Counted from the stretch's first letter, positions 1 to 9,002 are shown. The stretch is 35,338 nt of DNA from an uncultured Bifidobacteriaceae bacterium (GCA_964372085.1 CAYJPQ010000001.1:2598-37935), one strand, 5' to 3'. Made by a program: numbers and translations. The notes: generated by a model from the letters alone, not told the origin.

Positions 1-10
1 GGACGCCGGG

Positions 11-472
11 TTATCCCCGCATGTCGAAACCGAGGGTCGAAGAGCCGCGGCGCGCCTGGATGCGTTCGCGCTGCTGGGCCATCTCACGAGCCTCTTCGCA
101 ATCCTTGCAGCGGACGGCGAAGGGCAGCGCCCGCAGCCTCGGCTGGGCGATCTCCTCGCCGCACTCGAAGCAGCGACCGTAGGTCCCCTCTTCGAGCCGC
201 GAGAGCGCCTCGTTGATCTTGTTCAGCGTTTCCGCCTTCATCTGGATGAGGGCGAACTCGATGTCTTCCTGGATGTCGACCTCGGAGGTCTCACCCGGAT
301 CGAGCACCTCGTGCGGCTTTTCCGATCCCTCGGCACGCACGTCCCGAATCTTGCCCTGAACCTCGTTCAGGATTTCCCGCTGACGCTCGAGGAGCATCGT
401 CTTGAGTTCCTCGTAGCGCGCAGCCGTGGGTACCTCGGCTACTGCCGTCGTGCGCTTCTTTGCTTTGGCCAT
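11..472 (-). CDS. dksA: DksA/TraR family C4-type zinc-finger protein
   Basis: Coiled-coil N-terminal half, then GTYGRCFECGEEI...RLRALPFAVRCKDC (CxxC-x17-CxxC), typical of DksA/TraR. AAGGAG lies upstream. Confidence 0.88.
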   Translation of the reverse strand: MAKAKKRTTAVAEVPTAARYEELKTMLLERQREILNEVQGKIRDVRAEGSEKPHEVLDPGETSEVDIQEDIEFALIQMKAETLNKINEALSRLEEGTYGRCFECGEEIAQPRLRALPFAVRCKDCEEAREMAQQRERIQARRGSSTLGFDMRG

Positions 473-536
473 GATGCTCAGCCGCTCCTTCTGTCCGCCT
501 CCTCGTAATCGGGAGGTTATGATTGCCCGCTCCTAA

Positions 537-552
537 TGCAAGAGCGGTGCCG
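537..552 (-). promoter_or_regulatory. Putative sigma54 (-24/-12) promoter upstream of the dksA-like gene
   Basis: Minus strand reads CGGCAC-CGCTC-TTGCA, an exact GG-N10-GC spacing matching TGGCAC-N5-TTGC, about 65 bp upstream of the start codon. Confidence 0.65.
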
Positions 553-827
553 AAAAATGTGTTTCACAAACGTGTCGCGAACCAACCGTATGAAGCGACA
601 AAAAGGAATTACCTGGGGGTCGTCCTGATCTATCGCGTTTATCTATAGCTACTTACACCGGGCCGATCTTTCAGGCCAAAGCGGTCCGAACACCGTTCAC
701 TGCTCATTAGACGCCGCCTGGCCGAATTGGGTTCTCCCTTCCACGTGTCCTGTAGTTGGGACACCCACAAACGGCGGAAAGGTAGCACATGGAGCCCCAT
801 TGTGGCAAGAATTACACAGGAGACGTG

Positions 828-1463
828 ATGACTTGCCCTGAATGTCAGAAACGACCAGCGAAACGGGCGTGTCCCGCCCTCCACCGCGACATCTGCGGGG
901 TGTGCTGCGCCACCAGGCGGCGCGTGGAGATTGCCTGTCCCGAGGACTGTGTGCACCTGGACCGGGCGCTGAAGCATCCGGCAGCGACGGTAAAGCGTCA
1001 GTTGGACCGGGACGTGGCCCTGTTGATGGCCACCATGGGCCGGCTGTCGGAACAGCAACTCCATGTGTTTTTCCTCATTCAGTCCGTGGTTCTGGCGCAC
1101 AAGCCGGCCGGCCTGGGCCGCCTGGCCGACAGCGATCTGGCGCTGGCTGCCGGGGCGCTGGCAGGGTCGCTGGAAACCGCCAGCCGAGGCGTGATTTTCG
1201 AGGAGCCCACGGCGTCGATTGTTGCGGAAAATCTGAGAAAAGAGATGAAAGCCCTGGTTGACGAGCTCGTCAAAGGGGGCGGCTCCCGGGCGGAACGTCA
1301 GGCCGCCGAGGTGTTGCGGGGCATCGAGCGCGGCGCGCGCCATGAGGTGGCCGCGATTGGCGACGACACTGCCGGCTACCTGGCCCTGGTGGCCCGCGTG
1401 CTCCAGCAGCACGTTGCGGCGCCCCCTGCTCGGCCCCACAGGCCGCTCATCATCACCCCCTGA
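828..1463 (+). CDS. Hypothetical protein with an N-terminal Cys-rich putative metal-binding domain
   Basis: AGGAG at 818-822 precedes GTG825/ATG828. N-terminus MTCPECQKRPAKRACPALHRDICGVCCATRRRVEIACPEDCVHL has 8 Cys, followed by a helical C-terminal region. Confidence 0.75.
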   Translation: MTCPECQKRPAKRACPALHRDICGVCCATRRRVEIACPEDCVHLDRALKHPAATVKRQLDRDVALLMATMGRLSEQQLHVFFLIQSVVLAHKPAGLGRLADSDLALAAGALAGSLETASRGVIFEEPTASIVAENLRKEMKALVDELVKGGGSRAERQAAEVLRGIERGARHEVAAIGDDTAGYLALVARVLQQHVAAPPARPHRPLIITP

Positions 1464-1535
1464 GTATTCGGAGGTTTCCCCGTCCCGCCGGGGGCTTCGG
1501 AGGCTGCGGGCGGGAGTGGAGCCCGTTGGGACCCG

Positions 1536-1544
1536 TGATAGGAT
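1536..1544 (+). promoter_or_regulatory. Possible extended -10 element for rpmB
   Basis: TG-a-TAGGAT about 40 bp upstream of the ATG. SD GAGGAG at 1569-1574. Confidence 0.4.
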
Positions 1545-1583
1545 TGGGGTTTCCGTTTACGAGCTTTTGAGGAGCCTGTTGTT

Positions 1584-1775
1584 ATGGCAATGCGCTGTGA
1601 AATCTGTGGCAAGGGCCCGGTGGTGGGTCGCCGGGTGTCGCACGCCCACAACGTCCGTCCCCGCCGTTTCGAGCCGAACCTGCAGACCGTGCGCGCCGTG
1701 GTGAACGGCGCCAACAAGCGGATGCGGGTGTGCACGCGCTGCATCCGCTCGAGCAAGGTCGTCAAGGCGGCGTAG
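1584..1775 (+). CDS. rpmB: 50S ribosomal protein L28 (zinc-ribbon, C+ type)
   Basis: MAMRCEICGKGPVVGRRVSHAHN...RRFEPNLQ...MRVCTRCIRS is the typical bL28 signature, with a strong SD. Confidence 0.97.
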   Translation: MAMRCEICGKGPVVGRRVSHAHNVRPRRFEPNLQTVRAVVNGANKRMRVCTRCIRSSKVVKAA

Positions 1776-1937
1776 GCGGGTGCAGCAGGTGCATCACGTG
1801 CAACAGGTGCAACAGGTGCAGCAGGTGCAGCAGGTGCAGCAGGTGCAACAGGTGCAGCAGGTGCAACAGGTGCAGCAGGTGCAACAGGTGCAGCAGGTGC
1901 AGCAGGTGCAGCAGGTGCAGCAGGTGCGGCAGGTGCG
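1776..1937 (+). repeat. Tandem array of 18 x 9-bp units (mostly GCAGGTGCA / ACAGGTGCA)
   Basis: Counted directly. It starts at the base after the rpmB TAG and fills almost all of the 165-bp rpmB-ridA spacer. Confidence 0.95.
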
Positions 1938-1940
1938 GGC

Positions 1941-2318
1941 GTGAAGGAGCTGATCACCGCGGCCGGCACGCCGACGGCCATCGGGCCCTACTCGCCCGGG
2001 CTCAAGGTTGGCAACCTGGTGTTCCTGTCGGGGTCGATCCCGCTGGATCCGGCCACCGGCCAGGTCGTGCCGGGGGACATCGCCGCACAGGCCACGCGGG
2101 TGATGGAGAACATCAAGGCGCTGCTGGCGGCCGCCGGCGGCGACTGCTCGCACATCGTCCGGACGACGGTGTTCATGGTGGACCTGGCGGAATTCGCCGC
2201 CATGAACGAGGTCTACGCCGGCTACTTCGCGGCGCCGTATCCGGCCCGCTCCACGGTGCAGGTGTCGCGCCTGCCCAGGGACGTGCGGGTCGAGATCGAC
2301 GTCATCGCCGTCCTGTAA
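1941..2318 (+). CDS. ridA: RidA/YjgF/UK114 family reactive-intermediate deaminase
   Basis: AIGPYS, LVFLSGSIPLDP, FAAMNEVYAGYF, PARSTVQVSRLP (catalytic Arg) and VEID motifs. GTG start. Confidence 0.9.
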   Translation: MKELITAAGTPTAIGPYSPGLKVGNLVFLSGSIPLDPATGQVVPGDIAAQATRVMENIKALLAAAGGDCSHIVRTTVFMVDLAEFAAMNEVYAGYFAAPYPARSTVQVSRLPRDVRVEIDVIAVL

Positions 2319-2342
2319 AAAAGGGGACAGTCCCCTTTTTTA
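2316..2342. terminator. Perfect 27-bp palindrome, probable bidirectional terminator between ridA and rel
   Basis: TAAAAAAGGGGAC-A-GTCCCCTTTTTTA, with U-tracts on both strands. Its ends are the two TAA stop codons. Confidence 0.8.
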
Positions 2343-4496
2343 CTTGCCGCGCCCCACGTCCAGCACCCCTTCCACACCGCGGATCGACTTGATCACCTTC
2401 TCGAGGTGCTTCACGTCCTTGATCTCCAGCGTCATCTCGATGCGGCCGCGCTGATCGCCGGTGGTGGCTTCCATGTTGGTGATGTTCGTGTTGATGTCGG
2501 CGACCGCCGCGCTGAGCTCGGCGAGAATTCCCTTGCGGTCTTCCACCTCCATCAGCAGCCGCACGGTGTAAGGGGCCGGGTCGGCGCCCTTGTCCCACTC
2601 CACGTCGATGCGCCGCTCGGGGTCGTACATCAGGTTCACGACGTTGGGGCACTTGGCGGCGTGGACCGAGACGCCCTTGCCGCGCGTGATGTAGCCGACG
2701 ATCTGCTCGCCGCGAATGGGGTTGCAGCATCTGGCGCGGAACACCATCACGTCGTCGGCGCCGCGCACCTTGATGCGATCGGGCTCGGCGCCGGCGCGGA
2801 GCACCCGCTTGACGGCCGAGAGCACGGCGTTCTCAGGCGCCTGCTCCTTGAGCTGGCCCTCGGGCACGATCTTGTCGAGCACCTGGCGGGGCGACACCTT
2901 GCCGTAGCCGATTTGCGCGAGCAGGTCCTCGGGTTTGGGCGCGGCGAACTCGGCGCACACCTTGAGGATGGCCTCGCCGTCGAGCAGCTTGGCCGGGTTG
3001 AGGCCGAAGCGGCGGGCCTCCTTGTCGAACACGCGGCGTCCCAGCTCGACGGCCCGTTCCTTCTCCTCGGCCTGGATCAGGTGCTTGATCTTGTTGCGCG
3101 CGCGCGAGGTGACGGCGAAGTTCAGCCAGTCGCGGCTCGGCTTGTGCTTGGCGTCGCGCACCACCTCCACGATGTCGCCGTTCTTCAGGCGGGTGCGGAG
3201 GGGCACCATGCGCCCGTTGACGCGGGCGCCCACGCACTGGTGTCCCACGTCGGTGTGGATGGCGTAGGCGAAGTCGATGGCCGTCGAGCCCCTGGGCAGC
3301 ACCTTCACCGACCCGCGCGGCGTGAACGTGTAGACCTCCTCTGGGTACAGGTCGATCTTCAGGTTGGCCAGGAACTCCTGCGGGTCGCGGGTGTCCTGCT
3401 GCACCTCGAGCAACTGGCGCAGCCAGTGGAAGTACTGCTCGTCGCGGCCGGCGCCGACGCGGCCCTCCTTGTATTTCCAGTGGGCGGCGATGCCCTCTTC
3501 GGCAAGCTGGTGCATCTCCTCGGTCCGGATCTGCACCTCGAACGGGAAGCCCTTTTCGCTGATCACCGAGGTGTGCAGCGACTGGTAGCCGTTGGGCCGC
3601 GGCATCGCGATGAAGTCCTTGATGCGGCCCGGCACGGGCGACCACGTCTGGTGGATGATGCCGAGCGCGGCGTAGCAGTCCTTTACCGACGGCGTGACGA
3701 TGCGGAGCGCCACGAAGTCGTACACCTGATCGAGGTCGATCTTCTGGCGCTTGAGCTTGAGCCAGATGCTGTAGAGGCGCTTGACGCGGCCGTCCACGCT
3801 CACCACGGGCACGCCGGCCTCGAGGAGCTTGGCCTTGATGTCGGAGGCGAGCTGCTCGATCATGCCCCCGGTGGACTTGCGCTTGGCCTCCACCTTGGTG
3901 CGCAGCGACTCGAAGGCCGCGGGCTCGAGGTAGCGGAACGAGAGCTCCTCGAGCTCGTTCTTGACGCGGCTCATGCCCAGGCGGTTGGCGATGGGCGCGT
4001 AGATGTCGAGCGTCTCCTGGGCGATGCGCACGCGCCGGTCGTCGGGCATGTGCTGCAGGGTGCGCATGTTGTGGAGGCGGTCAGCGAGCTTGACGAGGAT
4101 GACGCGGATGTCGTCGACCATCGCCAGCAGCATCTTGCGGAAATTCTCGGCCTGGCGCGCTTCGGTGGACGAGAACGGGATGGCGCCGATCTTGGTGACG
4201 CCTTCCACGATGTGGGCGACGTCCTCGCCGAATTTGTCTCTGATTTTCTCCGGGGTGGTCAGGGTGTCTTCGACGACATCGTGGAGCAGGCCGGCGGCGA
4301 TGCAGACGGCATCGAGCTTCATGTCGGCCAGAATGTCCGCAACCTCAAGCGGATGGACGAGATACGGCTCTCCGGAGTGGCGGATCTGTCCCTTGTGCTC
4401 CAGGGCCGAAAACACGTAGGCCCGGCGGAGCAACTCGAGGTCCACGTCAGGGCTGTAGCCCCGGACCTTGTCGAGCAGATCCTCGAAGCGAATCAT
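2340..4496 (-). CDS. rel: Bifunctional (p)ppGpp synthetase/hydrolase (long RSH, Rel/SpoT type)
   Basis: Intact HD motif LLHDVVEDT, synthetase RIKD motif and GYQSLHT, TGS domain (DFAYAIHTDVG), CCNP zinc-finger region and a C-terminal ACT domain. Confidence 0.96.
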   Translation of the reverse strand: MIRFEDLLDKVRGYSPDVDLELLRRAYVFSALEHKGQIRHSGEPYLVHPLEVADILADMKLDAVCIAAGLLHDVVEDTLTTPEKIRDKFGEDVAHIVEGVTKIGAIPFSSTEARQAENFRKMLLAMVDDIRVILVKLADRLHNMRTLQHMPDDRRVRIAQETLDIYAPIANRLGMSRVKNELEELSFRYLEPAAFESLRTKVEAKRKSTGGMIEQLASDIKAKLLEAGVPVVSVDGRVKRLYSIWLKLKRQKIDLDQVYDFVALRIVTPSVKDCYAALGIIHQTWSPVPGRIKDFIAMPRPNGYQSLHTSVISEKGFPFEVQIRTEEMHQLAEEGIAAHWKYKEGRVGAGRDEQYFHWLRQLLEVQQDTRDPQEFLANLKIDLYPEEVYTFTPRGSVKVLPRGSTAIDFAYAIHTDVGHQCVGARVNGRMVPLRTRLKNGDIVEVVRDAKHKPSRDWLNFAVTSRARNKIKHLIQAEEKERAVELGRRVFDKEARRFGLNPAKLLDGEAILKVCAEFAAPKPEDLLAQIGYGKVSPRQVLDKIVPEGQLKEQAPENAVLSAVKRVLRAGAEPDRIKVRGADDVMVFRARCCNPIRGEQIVGYITRGKGVSVHAAKCPNVVNLMYDPERRIDVEWDKGADPAPYTVRLLMEVEDRKGILAELSAAVADINTNITNMEATTGDQRGRIEMTLEIKDVKHLEKVIKSIRGVEGVLDVGRGK

Positions 4497-4555
4497 GGAG
4501 TTCGGTGTCTAATGAACTATCGGTGGGACGCCGTCGACCCATCATAGGGTCGAGG

Positions 4556-4585
4556 TTGCGGGGGGTCAAGAAACGAGGCTATACT
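4556..4585 (+). promoter_or_regulatory. Possible sigma70 promoter for the TPR lipoprotein
   Basis: TTGCGG-N18-TATACT about 50 bp upstream of ATG4634. Confidence 0.4.
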
Positions 4586-4633
4586 TTGCGGCCTTGCGGC
4601 TTGTTTTCTCATAGGGACGTGAAGGGGGAACTG

Positions 4634-5569
4634 ATGAAGATTCGGTCTACGGCGGCGCTGGTTGTGGTGGCCGGTCTCGGCCTCGCGCTGTCCGGGTGCA
4701 CGTATTTGGGGGAAGTTCGCTCGATGAAGGCATTCAAGGATGCCAACAAGCTCTATGCAGCGAGCGACTGGCGCCCCGCGGCGGAGAAGTACGAAGAAGC
4801 CATCGCGATGAACCCTGAGTTCTCGGTGATCTACTTCTACCTGGGCAATTCGTACGACAACTTGTATCGCCCAGCCCGCAAGGGCGAGCCGGCCAACGAC
4901 GCGCTGCTTGAGAAGGCGATCGCCAACTACAAGCTGGCCAGCGAGAAGATCGAGGATCCGAAGCTGCGGAACTTGGCCCTCGAGTACCTGGTGGCGTCGT
5001 ACGGCCCCGACAAGCTGAACGACCCCACCCAAGCCGAACCGGTGGTGCTGCGCATGATTGAACTGGCGCCCGGCGAACCGACCAACTACTTCGCCCTGGC
5101 GAAGATCTACGAAGACTCGGGTGAGTACGAGCTGGCCGAGAGCACGCTGCTCAAGGCCCAGTCCGCCAAGCCCAACGACCCCGCCGTCCACATGCAACTG
5201 GCGGGCTACTACAACCGGCAGGGCGACTTCCCCAAGACCATCCAGGCGCTGGGCGAGCGCATCAAGGTGGAGCCGACCAACCCCGAGGCCCACTACACCG
5301 TGGCCACCTACTACTGGGACAAGGCCTACCGCGACTTCCGGCTGGCCGACAAGGAGAAGCTCCAGTACGTGATGGACGGCATCGCGGCGGTCGACAAGGC
5401 CATCGAGATCAAGAGCGACTACATGGAGGCCATCACCTACAAGAACCTCCTGCTCCGCCTCCAGGCCAACCTGGAGAAGGACCGCGCCAAGCAGCTTGCG
5501 CTGCTCAAGGAGGCCGACGAGCTCCGTGACAAGGCCAACGAAATGCGCAAGGCCAAGCAGGCAAGCTAA
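4634..5569 (+). CDS. TPR-repeat lipoprotein
   Basis: Start moved to ATG4634, after GAAGGGGGAA. Signal peptide with lipobox LSG|C and repeated TPR-like motifs (YFYLGNSY, YFALAKIY, HMQLAGYY). Confidence 0.85.
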   Translation: MKIRSTAALVVVAGLGLALSGCTYLGEVRSMKAFKDANKLYAASDWRPAAEKYEEAIAMNPEFSVIYFYLGNSYDNLYRPARKGEPANDALLEKAIANYKLASEKIEDPKLRNLALEYLVASYGPDKLNDPTQAEPVVLRMIELAPGEPTNYFALAKIYEDSGEYELAESTLLKAQSAKPNDPAVHMQLAGYYNRQGDFPKTIQALGERIKVEPTNPEAHYTVATYYWDKAYRDFRLADKEKLQYVMDGIAAVDKAIEIKSDYMEAITYKNLLLRLQANLEKDRAKQLALLKEADELRDKANEMRKAKQAS

Positions 5570-5592
5570 GGTCATACGACCAAATCGACATG

Positions 5593-5639
5593 GCGGGTCG
5601 GTTCGCGCGAGTGCGCGGGCCGGCCCGTTTTTTCTTTTT
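5593..5639 (+). terminator. Intrinsic terminator
   Basis: GCGGGTCGGTTCGCGC-GAGT-GCGCGGGCCGGCCCGT stem (with G.U pairs) followed by TTTTTCTTTTT. Confidence 0.8.
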
Positions 5640-5666
5640 GCGGGGGCGTCACGCGCAGGTGATAAT
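5638..5666 (+). promoter_or_regulatory. Possible sigma70 promoter for the TonB-dependent receptor
   Basis: TTGCGG-N17-GATAAT overlapping the terminator U-tract. SD GGAG at 5683-5686. Confidence 0.35.
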
Positions 5667-5692
5667 TTCAAGCTGACTCCATGGAGCGATAC

Positions 5693-8600
5693 ATGAAACA
5701 CCTGACCAGATTTGCATTGTCGTTGTTCGCCGTGGCGCTCTTCGCCACCGGTGCCGCCGCGCAGGGCGTCACGACGGGTTCACTTGCCGGCCGCGTCATC
5801 GGCCCCAACCAGCAGCCGGTGGAGGGCGCGTCGGTCATTGCCATCCACCTGCCCTCGGGCGCCGGCTACGAGAGCAAGAGCCGCGCGGACGGGCGCTTCT
5901 CCATTCCGGGCATGCGCGTGGGCGGCCCCTACTCGGTGACGGTGGCCTACGGCGGCGCCGGCACGGCCTTCGAGCCGCAGACGCTCGAGAACATCGAGGT
6001 CAACCTCGGCGTGGCCACCGACCTGGAGTTCACCGTCCGCGCCATCTCGGTCACCGAAACGGTGACGGTGACGGCGCAGTCGGATGCGGTGTTCAGCTCC
6101 GAGCGCACGGGCTCGGCCACGGCGGTGAGCCGCGAAACCATCGCGTCGCTCCCGACCATCAGCAACCGCCTCGACTCGATCATCCGCCTGGCGCCAGAGG
6201 CCCGCGGCTACTCGGTGGCCGGCCAGGACAACCGGATGAACAACATCACGGTGGACGGGTCGTACTTCAACAACTCGTTCGGCCTGGGCGGCGCGCCCGG
6301 CGAGCGCACCAACGTGGCCCCCATCTCGATGGAGGCCGTGGAGCAGGTGCAGGTGAGCGTGGCCCCCTACGACGTGCGGCAGGGCAACTTCGTGGGCGCG
6401 GGCATCAACACCGTCACGCGCAGCGGCGCCAACAAGTTCGCCGGCTCGGGCTTCTACCAGTTCCGCGACGACAGCATGGTGGGCACCACGGCCAAGGACA
6501 GCACGGTGAACCCCGGCACGTTCGACTTCAAGAACGGCGGCGCCTGGGTGTCTGGCCCCGTCCTGCAGAACAAGCTGTTCTTCTTCGGCAGCATGGAAGG
6601 CGAGAAGTTCCTGCAGCCCGGCACCACCTTCCGCGCCAATCAGGGTGGCGAGGCCGCGGGCGGCAGCGTGACCCGCGTGCTGGCGTCGGACCTGGATGCG
6701 CTGAGCAGTTTCCTCAAGAGCAACTTCGACTACGACACGGGCGGCTATCAGGACTACGAGTTCGCCACCCCCGGCCGCCGCGTGCTGGCCAAGTTTGACT
6801 ACAACCTGAACAACCGCAACAAGCTGACCTTCCGCTACAACCAGCTCGACTCGAGCACCGATGTGCTGCTCTCGTCCTCGTCGTCACTCGGCTTCGGCGG
6901 GCGGCGCAGCAACACGACGGGTCTCAACTTCGAGGCCTCCAACTACTCGATTCTCGAGAACATCAAGTCGGGCGTGGGCGAGCTGAACACCATCATCGGC
7001 ACGACGATGGCCAACTCGCTCATCGTGGGCTACAGCAGTTCCGACGAGAGCCGCGGCTACAAGGGCGAGTTCTTCCCGCTGGTCGACATCCTGCAGGGCG
7101 GGTCGGTCTACACCACGTTCGGCTTCGAGCCGTTCACGCCCAACAACGAGCTGCGCTACAAGACGTTCCAGATGCAGGACAGCTTCACGAAGTTCGGCGA
7201 GAAGCACTCCATCACCGTCGGCGGCAGCTTCGAGAAGTACCACTCCGACAACGTGTTCTTCCCGGGCTCCCAGAGCGTCTACGTGTACCGGTCGCTGGAC
7301 GACTTCTACACCGACGCGCGCGACTTCCTGGCCAACCCAAACCGCACGACGTCGCCCGTCAACCTGGAGCGCTTCCAAGTGCGCTGGAACAACATCCCCG
7401 GCAACGATAAGCCGCTGCAGCCGCTGGACGTGATCTACTCAGGCGGGTACGTCCAGGACGAATGGGCCATGGCCGACAACGTGAAGGTGATCGCGGGCGT
7501 CCGCATGGACATCGCAAGCTTCGGCGACACCGGCTTTGCCAACGCCGTGGCCGACGCCATGAGCTTCCGCGACGAGACGGGCGCGACGGTGCAGTACGCA
7601 ACGAAGAAGCTGCCCGACGCCAGCCCGCTGTGGTCGCCGCGCGTGGGCTTCAACTGGGACGTGTTCAAGGACCGCAACACGCAGGTGCGCGGCGGCACGG
7701 GCGTGTTCACCGGCAAGCCGGCCTTCGTGTGGATCTCGAACCAGATCGGCAACACCGGTGTGCTCACCGGGTTCGCGGACGTGCGCAGCACGACCACGCG
7801 CCCGTTCAACCCCAACCCGGACGCCTACAAGCCCACCGACGTCACCGGCGCCCCGGCCTCGAGCTTCGAGCTGGCGCTCACCAACGACGACTTCAAGTTC
7901 CCGCAGACCTGGCGCACCAACATCGCCATCGACCACCGGCTGCCCGGCGGCATCGTGGCCACCGGCGAGTTCCTCTACAGCCGCGACGTGAACGGCATGT
8001 ACTACATCAATGCCAACCTGCCGGGCGCGCAGAGCTCCCTGGCGGGCGCAGACACCCGTCCCCGCTGGACGAGCAATCGCATCAACACCACGGTGGCCAA
8101 CGCCACCGTGCTGAAGAACGTCAGCGACGGCACAAACTGGAACACCTCGTTCTCGGCCAAGAAGACCATGCGCGACGCCTTCGTCCAGGTGGCGTACAAC
8201 TACGGCGAGGCGAAGAACAGCTTCGACCCGGGCTCCATCGCCTCGGGGTCGTGGACCAACAACCACCACTCGAGCGACCCAAACAGCCCGGGCGTCGGCT
8301 TCAGCCAGTATTCCCCTGGCCACCGCTTCTTCGTCAACGCCAACTACCGCAAGGAGTACTTCGGCTTCGGCGCCACGGCGTTCTCGATGTTCTGGGAGAC
8401 CCGGACCATCGGCAACGCCAGCTACATCTTCTCGGGCGACGCCAACGGCGACGGCTCGTCGTTCAACGACCTGGTCTACATCCACCGCGACCAGGGCGAG
8501 ATGAACTTCTCGCAGTTCACCTCTGGCGGCGTCGTCTACACCGCCGCCGCGCAGGCCGCGGCGTGGGACGCTTACATCGCGCAGGACGCCTACCTCAGCG

Positions 8601-8950
8601 AGCACCGCGGCGAGTACGCGCAGCGCGGCGCCGTGTTCCTGCCCAGGGTCACGCGCATGGACCTGAGCGTGTCGCAGGACATCTTTAAGCAACTGGGCGG
8701 CACCCGTCACCGCCTCCAGATCCGTGCCGATCTCATCAACTTCGGCAACATGCTCAACTCCGACTGGGGCGTGTCACAGCGCCTGGTGAACAACTCGCCG
8801 CTCACCAACCCCGGTGTCGATTCGCAGGGCCGGCTCACCTACCGGATGCGCGTGGTGAACAGCCAGCTGATGAACACGTCGCTGCAGCAGACGGCCGACC
8901 TCAACGACGTCTACAAGGTGATGATCAGCCTTCGGTATTTCTTTAACTAA
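5693..8950 (+). CDS. Oar-like TonB-dependent outer-membrane receptor with an N-terminal carboxypeptidase-regulatory-like domain
   Basis: Signal peptide ending AAA|Q, GSLAGRV...GASV...GRF...GGPYSVTV domain, plug motifs (NNITVDG, GAGINTVTRSG), SPRVGFNWD barrel strand and C-terminal LRYFFN. Confidence 0.92.
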   Translation: MKHLTRFALSLFAVALFATGAAAQGVTTGSLAGRVIGPNQQPVEGASVIAIHLPSGAGYESKSRADGRFSIPGMRVGGPYSVTVAYGGAGTAFEPQTLENIEVNLGVATDLEFTVRAISVTETVTVTAQSDAVFSSERTGSATAVSRETIASLPTISNRLDSIIRLAPEARGYSVAGQDNRMNNITVDGSYFNNSFGLGGAPGERTNVAPISMEAVEQVQVSVAPYDVRQGNFVGAGINTVTRSGANKFAGSGFYQFRDDSMVGTTAKDSTVNPGTFDFKNGGAWVSGPVLQNKLFFFGSMEGEKFLQPGTTFRANQGGEAAGGSVTRVLASDLDALSSFLKSNFDYDTGGYQDYEFATPGRRVLAKFDYNLNNRNKLTFRYNQLDSSTDVLLSSSSSLGFGGRRSNTTGLNFEASNYSILENIKSGVGELNTIIGTTMANSLIVGYSSSDESRGYKGEFFPLVDILQGGSVYTTFGFEPFTPNNELRYKTFQMQDSFTKFGEKHSITVGGSFEKYHSDNVFFPGSQSVYVYRSLDDFYTDARDFLANPNRTTSPVNLERFQVRWNNIPGNDKPLQPLDVIYSGGYVQDEWAMADNVKVIAGVRMDIASFGDTGFANAVADAMSFRDETGATVQYATKKLPDASPLWSPRVGFNWDVFKDRNTQVRGGTGVFTGKPAFVWISNQIGNTGVLTGFADVRSTTTRPFNPNPDAYKPTDVTGAPASSFELALTNDDFKFPQTWRTNIAIDHRLPGGIVATGEFLYSRDVNGMYYINANLPGAQSSLAGADTRPRWTSNRINTTVANATVLKNVSDGTNWNTSFSAKKTMRDAFVQVAYNYGEAKNSFDPGSIASGSWTNNHHSSDPNSPGVGFSQYSPGHRFFVNANYRKEYFGFGATAFSMFWETRTIGNASYIFSGDANGDGSSFNDLVYIHRDQGEMNFSQFTSGGVVYTAAAQAAAWDAYIAQDAYLSEHRGEYAQRGAVFLPRVTRMDLSVSQDIFKQLGGTRHRLQIRADLINFGNMLNSDWGVSQRLVNNSPLTNPGVDSQGRLTYRMRVVNSQLMNTSLQQTADLNDVYKVMISLRYFFN

Positions 8951-8951
8951 C

Positions 8952-8992
8952 GGCTTGGGGCTTGGGGCTTAGGGCTTAGGGCTTAGGGCTTA
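8952..8992 (+). repeat. About 6 x 7-bp tandem repeat GGGCTT(A/G)
   Basis: ggcttg gggcttg gggctta gggctta gggctta gggctta, starting 1 bp after the receptor TAA. Confidence 0.9.
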
Positions 8993-9002
8993 CAAGAGAG
9001 GG

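Noticed and set aside
1776-1937. Repeat arrays as CRISPR
   Set aside because: Units are 7-12 bp and contiguous, with no unique spacers and no cas genes.
1376-2392. Cys-rich 'TCCTCC' / 'CSRCNR' and 'APAAPA' ORFs (1794-2153, 1730-2392, 1376-1981) resembling metallothionein or RiPP precursors
   Set aside because: They are alternative-frame translations of the 9-bp DNA array and overlap rpmB and ridA. No SD or modifying enzymes nearby.
2406-4547. Long antisense and alternative-frame ORFs (e.g. 2406-4547, 13824-16064, 16087-18741, 18842-20377, 8983-10485)
   Set aside because: Shadow ORFs expected from high-GC codon bias opposite well-supported genes, with no recognisable motifs.
8965-8992. TTAGGG-containing tract as a true telomere or eukaryotic contamination
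   Set aside because: The period is 7 rather than 6, there are only a few copies, and it sits between ordinary bacterial genes.
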